A DNA stretch of 51,818 bases, from contig JAKAIL010000001.1 of NCBI GenBank assembly GCA_021825235.1, positions 1 through 51,818 of the forward strand. The letters run 5' to 3'. The DNA comes from Bacteroidota bacterium (GTDB lineage: Bacteria > Bacteroidota > Ignavibacteria > Palsa-1295). Position numbers and translations under genes: made by a program. The notes under the pieces are model-generated. The model ran no database searches, was not told the origin of the DNA, and saw nothing but the letters and a program-made list of their open reading frames with translations. Positions 27,466 to 36,080 of the stretch are shown one piece after another (the stretch's first letter is position 1; each line of letters begins with the position of its first letter).

Positions 27466-29097
27466 ATGTTCGTACCAAAACTGTTTACGACCCTCAAAGG
27501 GTATTCGCGCAAAGCGTTTTATGAAGATGCCACCGCCGGACTTATCGTCGGCGTGGTGGCACTGCCGCTGGCCATTGCCTTTGCGATTGCCAGCGGAGTT
27601 TCACCGGTTAGCGGCCTCATCACCGCCATCATCGGGGGATTCATCATTTCGGCGCTCGGCGGAAGCCGCGTACAAATTGGCGGACCAACCGGAGCATTTA
27701 TCGTTGTCATCTATGGCGTCGTGCAAAAGTTCGGGGTGGATGGACTAATCGTTACTACGGTTCTTGCGGGCATTCTGCTGGTGCTGATGGGCATCGCCAA
27801 GTTTGGCTCTGTTATAAAATTCATTCCTGCCCCGGTCGTCACCGGATTCACCAGCGGCATTGCGGTCATCATTTTTTCCGGCGAAGTTAAGGATTTCCTG
27901 GGCTTAAAAATGGGAGTGGTTCCGGCTCCTTTTTTCGAAAAGTGGACGGCGCTTGGCTCCAATTTCCTTAATGTAAATCCCTGGGCTATTGGCATCGCAG
28001 CACTTTCGCTGCTGATTATTATTGCCTGGCCCCGCGTATCGCAAAAAATTCCTTCGCCATTCGTCGCGGTAATCGTTACAACGGTAATCGTCCAGGTTTT
28101 TAACCTGCCAGTTGAAACCATCGGCAGCCATTTTGGCAATATCTCCGGCGCTATTCCTATGCCGCACTTCCCGCATGTGGATCTTGCAATGGTGCGCACA
28201 CTCATGCCTTCGGCCTTCACGGTTGCCATTTTAGGCGCGGTGGAATCGCTTCTTTCCGCAGTCGTTTCTGATGGTATGATCGGCGGCAAGCACCGTTCGA
28301 ATATGGAACTCATTGCGCAAGGTGTGGCAAACATTGCAAGCCCCCTCTTTGGTGGAATTCCTGCCACCGGCGCTATTGCGCGAACGACGACAAATATCAA
28401 AAGCGGCGGACGCACACCGGTTGCTGGAATGATACACGCCGTTACGTTGCTGCTCATTCTCCTCGCCTTTGGCCAATGGGCTTCAATGATTCCGATGGCC
28501 ACACTCGCCGCCGTGCTTGTTGTCGTTGCGTATAACATGAGTGAGTGGCGCACGTTCAAGGCGCTCCTTCGCACGACGAAAAGCGATATCATCGTACTGC
28601 TGGCAACTTTTATTCTCACCGTAGTCGTGGATCTTTCCGTCGCGATCGAGGTAGGCATGGTACTCGCCGCGTTCCTTTTTATGAAGCGCATGGCAAGCGT
28701 AACGAACGTCAACGTCATTACGCGCGAAATGGAAGACGTGGAAGTTCCCCCGGAATTCGTGGGATTATCGGTTCCCAAAGACGTCCAGATCTATGAGATC
28801 AACGGCCCGTTCTTCTTCGGCGCTGCGGAAACGTTTACCCAGACCGTGGCCTCGGTCGGCAAATTTCCTCGCACGCTTATCGTGCGAATGCGAAATGTTC
28901 CCGCCATTGACGCCACCGGCATGAAAGTGCTGAACGATATTTACAAACGTGTCCACCACGCCAAAGGCCGCTTCATCATTTCCGAAATCCATTCCCAGCC
29001 CTACATAGCCCTCGAAAACAGCGGATTTCTGGACACCTTGGGCCGGGATAATCTTGCCCCGACGTTGGAAGAGGCTCTCCAAAATTCAACTCATTGA
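27466..29097 (+). CDS. SulP family inorganic anion transporter with C-terminal STAS domain
   Basis: AGLIVGVVALPLAIAFAIASGVSPVSGL, GGSRVQIGGPTGAF and the multi-TM core, plus the STAS tail (VQIYEINGPFFFGAAETF...LIVRMRNVPAIDATG). Confidence 0.93.
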   Translation: MFVPKLFTTLKGYSRKAFYEDATAGLIVGVVALPLAIAFAIASGVSPVSGLITAIIGGFIISALGGSRVQIGGPTGAFIVVIYGVVQKFGVDGLIVTTVLAGILLVLMGIAKFGSVIKFIPAPVVTGFTSGIAVIIFSGEVKDFLGLKMGVVPAPFFEKWTALGSNFLNVNPWAIGIAALSLLIIIAWPRVSQKIPSPFVAVIVTTVIVQVFNLPVETIGSHFGNISGAIPMPHFPHVDLAMVRTLMPSAFTVAILGAVESLLSAVVSDGMIGGKHRSNMELIAQGVANIASPLFGGIPATGAIARTTTNIKSGGRTPVAGMIHAVTLLLILLAFGQWASMIPMATLAAVLVVVAYNMSEWRTFKALLRTTKSDIIVLLATFILTVVVDLSVAIEVGMVLAAFLFMKRMASVTNVNVITREMEDVEVPPEFVGLSVPKDVQIYEINGPFFFGAAETFTQTVASVGKFPRTLIVRMRNVPAIDATGMKVLNDIYKRVHHAKGRFIISEIHSQPYIALENSGFLDTLGRDNLAPTLEEALQNSTH

Positions 29098-29443
29098 CAA
29101 CCATCATTCCTTTAGTTCCGTTGGGAACTCGACCTACTTCCCGGAAGTACTAATAGTTCCGATGCCTATTGCTCCCGAAATGCTTAGCTTCGACCACCCG
29201 GAGTACCCCTCTCGGTATGAAAAATCGTTCATTCTTAAAATTGGCCTTAATCGCTCAATTTAGGCATTGTGAAAAGTAATACCGTTTTCATCCACATTGC
29301 CATGTGGATAACTATTATGTACTATATGTTTTAGAATCGGCACATTCTACGTCAAAATCGCAAAATAATATAATTTTATCAACAATCGGAAACTAAATGT
29401 GAAATAAATTGTTCATTTTTATCATGAAATTCATCATTATAAA

Positions 29444-30145
29444 ATGAATACAGACACTACGCCGGGAATCAGTCTCACCACAAAAGCCTGGGTCTCGCTC
29501 GTCCTTATGGCTATCGTCATGGGGCTGCTTATTTTCGTTCCAGCCGGAACGACGAACTATTGGCAGGCATGGGTCTTCCTCGCCGTTTTTTTTCTGGCGG
29601 GAGCATTACACACCGGTTATGCTATCAGGCACGATCCCGCCTTGCTGAAACGCCGTATGTCCGGCGGACCAACGGCTGAAAAGGAAATGGCCCAGAAGAT
29701 TATCATGCTGTTTGCTACGATTGGATTTATTGGGATGCTTTTGCTTCCCGCGCTCGATCGGCGATTTGGATGGTCCGCGGGCGTACCGGTTGTGCTTGTC
29801 ATTGCCGGCGATCTGCTCATTGCAGTCGGATTCTACATGATCTCCTTTGTCTTCCGGGCGAATTCGTTTGCGGCGGCAACGATCCAGGTGGAGGAAGGGC
29901 AGAAAGTAATCACAACCGGACCGTATGCCATCGTTCGTCATCCGATGTATTCCGGCGCACTGCTCTATTGTATTGGTATCCCGCTTGCGCTGGGATCATA
30001 CTGGGGCTTCGCTCCACTTGCAATGATGTTCGGTTTTATCATCTGGCGCCTCTTCGACGAAGAGCGCCTCCTCCGCAAAAACCTTCCCGGCTACGCGGAG
30101 TATTGCGCAAAGGTCAAATGGCGGCTGGTGCCGGGGGTGTTTTGA
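29444..30145 (+). CDS. isoprenylcysteine carboxyl methyltransferase (ICMT)/phospholipid methyltransferase family membrane protein
   Basis: Five to six TM segments and the family motif VITTGPYAIVRHPMYSGALLYCIGIPLALGSYW...EERLLRKNLPGYAEY. Confidence 0.85.
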   Translation: MNTDTTPGISLTTKAWVSLVLMAIVMGLLIFVPAGTTNYWQAWVFLAVFFLAGALHTGYAIRHDPALLKRRMSGGPTAEKEMAQKIIMLFATIGFIGMLLLPALDRRFGWSAGVPVVLVIAGDLLIAVGFYMISFVFRANSFAAATIQVEEGQKVITTGPYAIVRHPMYSGALLYCIGIPLALGSYWGFAPLAMMFGFIIWRLFDEERLLRKNLPGYAEYCAKVKWRLVPGVF

Positions 30146-30194
30146 GTCGCGGAATATCCGGCACGAAGGAACATACCATTCCGTTCCATAAATC

Positions 30195-30515
30195 ATGCAA
30201 ACCTACTCTATCGAAGCTGCACAAAACAATCTTGTTGTCCTGGCCCATTTAGCAGCGAAGGGACAGGAAGTCCTGCTAACGGAGAACAATAAGCCGATTG
30301 CGCGATTAGCTCCTCTGCGCGAAGACAATGCATTCAATCGCGAGGTTGAAAAGTTGCGGGCTTTTGCTCAATCTGTTCAACCGCAAGAACGCGGAATTCA
30401 GGAACGGCGATTCACCGCAGAGGAGATTGAACGCTATCAGAAGCGGGTCGAGGCACTGAGAGGATCGCTGACCGGAATTGACACTACGCTGGAGCGCGAC
30501 GAAGACAGAGTATGA
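30195..30515 (+). CDS. type II antitoxin, Phd/YefM-like
   Basis: 106 aa. The N-terminus MQTYSIEAAQNNLVVLAHLAAKGQEVLLTENNKPIARLAPL fits the Phd/YefM fold pattern. It overlaps the PIN gene by 4 nt (ATGA). Confidence 0.75.
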   Translation: MQTYSIEAAQNNLVVLAHLAAKGQEVLLTENNKPIARLAPLREDNAFNREVEKLRAFAQSVQPQERGIQERRFTAEEIERYQKRVEALRGSLTGIDTTLERDEDRV

Positions 30516-30895
30516 ACGTTGTCGATTCCTCCGCCTGGCTGGAGTACTTCGCGAACACCACTCTCGCTTCGACTTTTGCAGAGCCGATTAAAGACCTCGC
30601 GAATTTAATCGTTCCTTCGATCACAATCGTTGAAGTACACAAAAAAGCGTGGGCACGGCATGGGCTAAAACATGCTAATGAGTGTACTGAATTAATGCTT
30701 ACGGGCCGCCTCGTCTCGCTTGATCTTCCGGTTGCCCTCGACGCATCCGCCGTTGTGCGCCAGTATGAACTGCCGATGGCCGACAGCATCGTGTATGCAA
30801 CAGCCCGGCTCAACGATGCCACAACCTGGACTTGCGATTTCGACTTCAAGGACTTGCCAAACGTCCGCTATTTCGATAAGCGCGGGGGGCGGTAA
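30512..30895 (+). CDS. vapC: type II toxin, PIN-domain ribonuclease (VapC family)
   Basis: VVDSSAWLEYF (first acidic residue), ITIVEV, PMADSIVYATA and TCDFDFKDL place the four conserved acidic positions of PIN domains. Confidence 0.85.
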   Translation: MNVVDSSAWLEYFANTTLASTFAEPIKDLANLIVPSITIVEVHKKAWARHGLKHANECTELMLTGRLVSLDLPVALDASAVVRQYELPMADSIVYATARLNDATTWTCDFDFKDLPNVRYFDKRGGR

Positions 30896-30904
30896 CCGCT
30901 TCAC

Positions 30905-30952
30905 GCTACGCGGAATATTGCGAAAAAGTCAAGTGGCGGCTGGTACCGGGGG
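30905..30952 (+). repeat. relic second copy of the 3' end of an ICMT-family gene (direct repeat of 30090-30137)
   Basis: 43 of 48 nt are identical to 30090-30137 by hand alignment. In the corresponding frame it reads YAEYCEKVKWRLVPGV versus YAEYCAKVKWRLVPGV in the intact gene. Confidence 0.8.
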
Positions 30953-31053
30953 TTCAGCGAGTGGTGCTTTCGCTAGTGCGGTAGGCACACAATAAGCGTG
31001 CGGGATAACCGTCTGTAGCTCAGAGGATGCCCATTGCATTCTCAGACTAAACT

Positions 31054-31290
31054 ATGTGCTTCCATCCATTTTACTTCCCGTGGTTTGGGATATTCGCAAT
31101 TTTATTCCTTATTCTAATCTTTTTCCGTCGTCCGTGGTGGCACCGGCATGGGTGGCACGGAGGTCCGTGGCCCGGAGCTACGTGGGAGAAATCGCCGGAG
31201 GGGATTCTCGCCGAACGCTTCGCCAAAGGCGAAATCGACGAGAAGGAGTATAACGAGCGAATGGTCGTGCTGAAGGCGCGGAAACCGTAA
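31054..31290 (+). CDS. SHOCT-domain membrane protein
   Basis: N-terminal TM segment (FPWFGIFAILFLILIFF), a W/H/G-rich linker, and the C-terminal segment ILAERFAKGEIDEKEYNERMVVLK, which is the SHOCT pattern. Confidence 0.75.
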   Translation: MCFHPFYFPWFGIFAILFLILIFFRRPWWHRHGWHGGPWPGATWEKSPEGILAERFAKGEIDEKEYNERMVVLKARKP

Positions 31291-31298
31291 GCTGGAGC

Positions 31299-31529
31299 TT
31301 ACGCAGAGGCACCGATACTGCGGGCATGGAGAATTTCAGCGGCAATGGGACGAACATCGGCAGGCCGCAGCGTAAGCACCGCAATGGTTTTGCCGAGTCC
31401 GGTCATGAACTCGACTTCGTACGCAGCTTCTCCTGGATAGACATGGACGACCGTTCCGACATCCCCGGCAACAAGGGAATGTTCGGAGATGCTATGGGTA
31501 AGCACGACTAAGGATAATTCCTTTATCAT
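31299..31529 (-). CDS. DUF4926 domain protein
   Basis: VVLTHSISEHSLVAGDVGTVVHVYPGEAAYEVEFMTGLGKTIAVLTLRPADVRP matches my memory of the DUF4926 consensus. There is a 4-nt overlap with the upstream gene. Confidence 0.7.
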   Translation of the reverse strand: MIKELSLVVLTHSISEHSLVAGDVGTVVHVYPGEAAYEVEFMTGLGKTIAVLTLRPADVRPIAAEILHARSIGASA

Positions 31530-31894
31530 AATGGATATGCGGTTATGAAACGTGGCGCGGTAGTTCCATAGTCTATAACCCAGATGGTACGCAATGGAAT
31601 TCCGGGTTTCGGACCATTGGAAAGCGTGCCTTCAACCACGTATTTTTCTCCACATTCAATACTTTCCGTTTTGGTGAGAATTCCATCACGAGCTATGCGT
31701 AAGAGCTCACTACGCAAGGCTTCGGCATTTACAAGGGAATAGCCAATTGAATCAAAAAAAGCCGCCTTTGGTCCGCCCTCCGGATGAGACGGAGAAAGGA
31801 GATAATTCAGAAGCTTGGCATCGGGAATGTATGCAGCGCGAGAGTTCGGAAGTTTTGGGTCTGCCATTCCGAAATCAAACATCAAGCCGAGCAA
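31526..31894 (-). CDS. DUF6883 domain protein
   Basis: KLLNYLLSPSHPEGGPKAAFFDSIGY matches the DUF6883 hallmark (KL..YLL...H..G..KA.FF...GF). Confidence 0.65.
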   Translation of the reverse strand: MLGLMFDFGMADPKLPNSRAAYIPDAKLLNYLLSPSHPEGGPKAAFFDSIGYSLVNAEALRSELLRIARDGILTKTESIECGEKYVVEGTLSNGPKPGIPLRTIWVIDYGTTAPRFITAYPL

Positions 31895-31925
31895 TAGTTA
31901 TTCCGGCAATAATTCACGAGCAAGC

Positions 31926-32348
31926 TTAGATATTATTCGCAGCCTGAGGAAACCATATTATTTCCCACAAGTGGCCATCGGGATCCTGAAAATATCCGTG
32001 ACAGCCGCCCCAGAAGGCCTCTTGTGCCGGCTTGGTAATTTTGGCTCCGGCTTTTCGGGCAGTCTCCATGACGGCCTCGACCTCTTCTTTGCTGCCTACC
32101 ATATACCCGATGGAAAATTCTGTGGCAGCGGAGGGTTGCTTCGGAACCATGGCATCCCACGCGAGATTTTCGCGCTCGTACAGGGCTAACTGCATTCCAT
32201 GGGGCAGATCGAAAAATGCAACCGCTCCATGTTCGAATTCCTTCCCAACGATCCCCTTCGATTTCCAGCCGAGCCCCTCATGGTAAAATTCGAAGGCCCG
32301 TTCGAGATCGTCAACGCCGAGGGTGAGCATGCTAAAGTTCTGTTCCAT
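31926..32348 (-). CDS. VOC (glyoxalase/bleomycin-resistance) family protein
   Basis: Start at ATG 32348 (MEQNFSMLTLGVDDLERAFEFYHEGLGW...). The C-terminal segment GYFQDPDGHLWEIIW is typical of VOC proteins. Confidence 0.85.
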   Translation of the reverse strand: MEQNFSMLTLGVDDLERAFEFYHEGLGWKSKGIVGKEFEHGAVAFFDLPHGMQLALYERENLAWDAMVPKQPSAATEFSIGYMVGSKEEVEAVMETARKAGAKITKPAQEAFWGGCHGYFQDPDGHLWEIIWFPQAANNI

Positions 32349-32500
32349 AATTCTAAAATGCAGATGATTTGGATTACGTCCGAGCGAGTTACGAAACAAC
32401 AGCAACATAAAACGGGCCTGCTCGTTTGGCACAATTCGAGGACGAAAGCAGAGTTAAGAGCGTTTAGGGGTCTGTCGCAAACTTTTGTCGAATTAAAAAG

Positions 32501-33157
32501 ATGTCTAAAGTACGAGTACACGCATTTTCTCTATCGATCGATGGCTACGGAGCAGGACCTAAGCAGGATATTGATAATCCTCTCGGTATCGGCGGATTGG
32601 GATTGCACAGTTGGATTTTCGAAACGCGAACATTCCAGGAGATGATTGGAAAGAATGGTGGTGCTACAGGAACGGACGACGATTTTATGAAACGAGGCTT
32701 CGCAAATATCGGAGCCTCGATTCTGGGCCGCAATATGTTCGGGCCGATCCGCGGTCCCTGGCCAAACGACGAATGGAAAGGCTGGTGGGGTAAGAATCCG
32801 CCCTTTCATAGCGATGTGTTCGTGCTGACGCATCACGCTCGACCATCCGAAAAGATGGAAGGCGGCACTACTTTCCACTTCGTTACCGATGGCATCCATG
32901 CGGCACTGGAACGCGCAAAGAAAGCGGCAGATGGCAAAGATGTACGTATCGGGGGTGGTGCGGAAACAATTCGTCAGTACCTACAAGCAGGCCTCATCGA
33001 TGAAATGCATCTTGCCATTTCGCCGGTGCTGCTTGGTTCCGGCGAGCATCTGCTATACGGGATTGATCTGCCAGCGCTGGGATATAAATGCACGGAAAAC
33101 GTTCCGACGAGTGCAGCGACGCATGTGGTTATTAGCAAGCGCCCGGGAGCAAATTAA
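32501..33157 (+). CDS. dihydrofolate reductase family protein (RibD C-terminal domain type)
   Basis: VHAFSLSIDGYGAGP...VFVLTHH...VRIGGGAETIRQYLQAGLIDEMHLAISPVLLGSGEHL fits the RibD_C pattern. Confidence 0.85.
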   Translation: MSKVRVHAFSLSIDGYGAGPKQDIDNPLGIGGLGLHSWIFETRTFQEMIGKNGGATGTDDDFMKRGFANIGASILGRNMFGPIRGPWPNDEWKGWWGKNPPFHSDVFVLTHHARPSEKMEGGTTFHFVTDGIHAALERAKKAADGKDVRIGGGAETIRQYLQAGLIDEMHLAISPVLLGSGEHLLYGIDLPALGYKCTENVPTSAATHVVISKRPGAN

Positions 33158-33205
33158 TTACGAATATAGTGTCCGGCAAGTGGACTGGAAAATATCGAAA
33201 TTACA

Positions 33206-34276
33206 ATGAGAGACGAGCTTAAAAAACTGACGATCGAGCAGCGTAATGCCGATCCAGAATTTACGATCGATCCGGGGTTCATAAATTACCGTTACTGTTT
33301 CAGTGTCTTCGGGACAGGTTTCTTAAATGCTTTCAACAATATTCGGCATCAAAATGACGATTGGTTAGCAAAGCGGGCCAACGATCATTATATTACACGG
33401 ATGATACTTGCGACGTGTAGGAACCAATCTTTTCCTACCTTGAGTCTTGCTTTGCAGAACCCCTTGGTTGGCCAAATCATCTGTGGAATCGAGGCATTGG
33501 AAGGCACGGAAGAAGTTTATACGTCCGAATCAAGTTTTTATAATCGAGTAGTTCTTCCTTTCGAGTATGACCGTGAGGTTAAGTTATTTATTAACCCTAA
33601 CTATTTTGTTGCTGATACTGGTAAATCGGAACAAGCTCATCCAGGTGAAGTTGCGATAATCGCTCGAATTGAAAAAGTAATTCCTGAAGTAATATTGAAG
33701 CCCTTAGTTATGGGCGGTCCGATGCTCGATCCGAATAATGAGATGTCAGAGCAAATGGGATTATCTGCAGGGTATATGTGGTATGGTCCAATTTTTTTTG
33801 AGACGATGATGGAAAATATTGACGAGTTTTCTAAGGTTCGAGGGGTAGCTGATTACCCGCGTGACGAGTGGACTTCTATAATGAGCGCATTAGCGGAAGA
33901 GAAAGTAAAGACTGCAGTTGCTGAAATCCTTGGGGATGAAGTTAAGAAAGATTGGGGAGGAGAACAGAACGATCATTTTTCCGCCCGTGTGCATCTTTCC
34001 GGCAAAAAACATACAGCGGCTTTTGCTTTTAAAGGTCCTGGAAGCGGATTCTCCGAAATGACGCTAAAACATTTAGGAAAGAATCAAGATCAAATCATTA
34101 GGCTTGCAAATTCTGAGACAGATCTATTGGTGGTTCAACATTGTCATGACATTGGCGAAAATGTGAGAACAACCTTACGTCACTTCGCTGTGACGTTTAC
34201 TCGCCAGCGTAGATATTGCTGTATGGATGGCCAGGAAACGTATAAGCTGCTTAAAACCTACGGAAAACTTAAATAA
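33206..34276 (+). CDS. hypothetical protein, no family recognised; visibly more AT-rich than its neighbours
   Basis: Uninterrupted 356-codon ORF with no competing frame. The C-terminal third contains DWGGEQNDHF...KKHTAAFAFKGPG...LGKNQDQIIRL...DLLVVQHCHDIG, which I cannot assign. Confidence 0.7.
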   Translation: MRDELKKLTIEQRNADPEFTIDPGFINYRYCFSVFGTGFLNAFNNIRHQNDDWLAKRANDHYITRMILATCRNQSFPTLSLALQNPLVGQIICGIEALEGTEEVYTSESSFYNRVVLPFEYDREVKLFINPNYFVADTGKSEQAHPGEVAIIARIEKVIPEVILKPLVMGGPMLDPNNEMSEQMGLSAGYMWYGPIFFETMMENIDEFSKVRGVADYPRDEWTSIMSALAEEKVKTAVAEILGDEVKKDWGGEQNDHFSARVHLSGKKHTAAFAFKGPGSGFSEMTLKHLGKNQDQIIRLANSETDLLVVQHCHDIGENVRTTLRHFAVTFTRQRRYCCMDGQETYKLLKTYGKLK

Positions 34277-34310
34277 TATGATCACTATCCTTTTTTAGTA
34301 TGTATAACGA

Positions 34311-35276
34311 TCATGCATACTTGTTCCGATAATCCAGCGGTGATAACCCCGTAATCTTCTTGAACGTGGTACGAAACGCTTTCGTATCGGTGTAGCCTAC
34401 ATCGTACATCACTTCGGCGACTTGCTTGCGGTTGTGCTCCAGGCTCTTCTTCGCGGCTTCGATCTTCACGCGCTGCACATATTCGACAACGGTGTTCGAT
34501 GTCGCCTTCTTGAAACGGCGTTCGAATGTCCGGCGGCCCATCGCGACCATTTCGGCCAACTGTTCCACCGTTATCCGCTTCTCGTAATTCGATTCGATAA
34601 AAGCCTGCGCTTCCTTGATCGGATCGTCCTCATGGTCCTTCTGTCCCGCAAAAATCGTGAACGGTGACTGCGTATCGCGGTCAATCTCGATCTCGTAAAT
34701 TTTTGCGCAAGTGACGGCGACCTCCCGACCCGCATATTTCTCGATCAGATAAATAACTAAGTTCCAAAAGGAATTCGCGCCACCGCTCGAATACACGCCG
34801 CGTTCATCCGTAATAATTTTTTCCGAGACGAGATTGATGTCGGGAAACAGTTTCCGGAAATCGTTCTGGAACATCCAGTGCGTGGCGCATTTCTTCCCTT
34901 CCAGAAGTCCGGTAGCGGCCAGCAGGAACGTTCCCACACACAAGCTCGCCACTTCAGCGCCACGTTTGTATTGGTCCACGATCCAAGGGAAGAACTCGCG
35001 GTTAAGTGCGATCACATCATTCCACTCGCCATTCACGGCAGGAATGATGACGAGATCGGCCGCATAGTCATCGTGGATCGTAAAGTCCGGCTTGATGCTG
35101 ATGAACCGGTCGTACGCCTGCGGTTCTTGTGTCAAACCGATCAGTTTTAATTCGAAAATTGGCGGCCTGCCCACACCGGCGAGCACTTCATTCGCTCTCG
35201 TGAAGCCAATATAGGAACCTTCAATGCACCCGACGCTGGCCGCCCCGCGCGGAACAAGAATTGCTATCTTTTTCAT
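34311..35276 (-). CDS. GlxA-family transcriptional regulator (DJ-1/PfpI-like domain + AraC-type HTH)
   Basis: The N-terminal half has MKKIAILVPRG...VIIPAVNG...VASLCVGTFLLAATGLL (DJ-1-like). The C-terminal half has ITVEQLAEMVAMGRRTFERRFKKATSNTVVEYVQRVKIEAAKKSLE...VAEVMYDVGYTDTKAFRTTFKKITGLSP (AraC HTH). Confidence 0.92.
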   Translation of the reverse strand: MKKIAILVPRGAASVGCIEGSYIGFTRANEVLAGVGRPPIFELKLIGLTQEPQAYDRFISIKPDFTIHDDYAADLVIIPAVNGEWNDVIALNREFFPWIVDQYKRGAEVASLCVGTFLLAATGLLEGKKCATHWMFQNDFRKLFPDINLVSEKIITDERGVYSSGGANSFWNLVIYLIEKYAGREVAVTCAKIYEIEIDRDTQSPFTIFAGQKDHEDDPIKEAQAFIESNYEKRITVEQLAEMVAMGRRTFERRFKKATSNTVVEYVQRVKIEAAKKSLEHNRKQVAEVMYDVGYTDTKAFRTTFKKITGLSPLDYRNKYA

Positions 35277-35308
35277 AACCTGGATTACGCTGAAAAAGCT
35301 GATTACGC
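35277..35308 (-). promoter_or_regulatory. tandem GCGTAATC motif abutting the GlxA-like start codon (same arrangement as in front of prs)
   Basis: On the minus strand it reads GCGTAATCA-N9-GCGTAATCCAGGTT-ATG. The prs upstream region (10791-10824) reads GCGTAATCA-N9-GCGTAATCCAGGTT-TG. Confidence 0.5.
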
Positions 35309-35347
35309 TGAGTGGATATTTCTGTACTCTGATTATAACATTTTTCC

Positions 35348-35475
35348 GTCATTGCGAGGAGCCGAATTCGATCGAAGGGAGAATTTGGCGACGAAGCAAT
35401 CTCTCGTTTTCCGGCGAGGGATTGCTTCGTCAAAACAAAGCTCCCTTCGGTCGCCTTGTTTTTCCTCGCAATGAC
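35348..35475. repeat. ~128-nt nested palindromic element (GTCATTGCGAGGA type)
   Basis: The outer arms are GTCATTGCGAGGA (35348-35360) / TCCTCGCAATGAC (35463-35475). The middle arms are CGAAGGGAG / CTCCCTTCG. The inner arms are GACGAAGCAATC (35391-35402) / GATTGCTTCGTC (35420-35431). Confidence 0.75.
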
Positions 35476-35628
35476 ATGACAATTCATGCTGTACCGGTAC
35501 AAAAATACGGAATTCTATTGTCGCAATCAACCCCTGAGAATGACGTTTTTGCGCCTCACTACCCCTAACCCCGGCAGCGTAATTTTGTATCCGTTAATTC
35601 AATCAGTCATTTGAAAGTCATTTCCAAC

Positions 35629-36075
35629 ATGAACCAAACGAGCTTTTCAACAGCTTTTTCAGTCGATCAGTCGCCGGAGCGGGTCTTCAGCGCAATAAAC
35701 CACGCACGCGGCTGGTGGTCTGGTTCGTTCGAAGGCGAGACCAATCGACTCGGAGCGGAGTTCAATTATCGCTATCGGGACGCACATTATTCCAGGCAGC
35801 GGGTTACCGAGTTCATTCCCGCAAAAAAGATTGTGTGGCATGTGACCGATAGCAACCTGACGTTTGTGGACCGGAAGCAGGAATGGACAGGAACCGACAT
35901 CATTTTCGAAATTTCGAAAAAAGGCGGAAGAACGGAATTGCGGTTTACTCATGCCGGCCTCGTGCCGGACTTCCAATGTTTCGACGCTTGCTCAAACGCA
36001 TGGAGCACGCTGGTTAGCCGCAACTTGCAAAATCTGATCATTACCGGCGAAGATCAACCTGACATATTTGCTTAA
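35629..36075 (+). CDS. SRPBCC family protein (AHSA1/START-like)
   Basis: FSVDQSPERVFSAINHARGWW...VTEFIPAKKIVWHV...TELRFTHAGL fits Activator-of-Hsp90-ATPase-homologue-like SRPBCC proteins. Start taken at ATG 35629. Confidence 0.8.
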   Translation: MNQTSFSTAFSVDQSPERVFSAINHARGWWSGSFEGETNRLGAEFNYRYRDAHYSRQRVTEFIPAKKIVWHVTDSNLTFVDRKQEWTGTDIIFEISKKGGRTELRFTHAGLVPDFQCFDACSNAWSTLVSRNLQNLIITGEDQPDIFA

Positions 36076-36080
36076 AAAAG

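Noticed and set aside
27711-28778. 355-aa minus-strand ORF inside the SulP gene.
   Set aside because: It is fully antisense to a transporter whose motifs are unambiguous. The translated sequence is Ala/Thr/Ser/Ile-rich mirror-frame noise.
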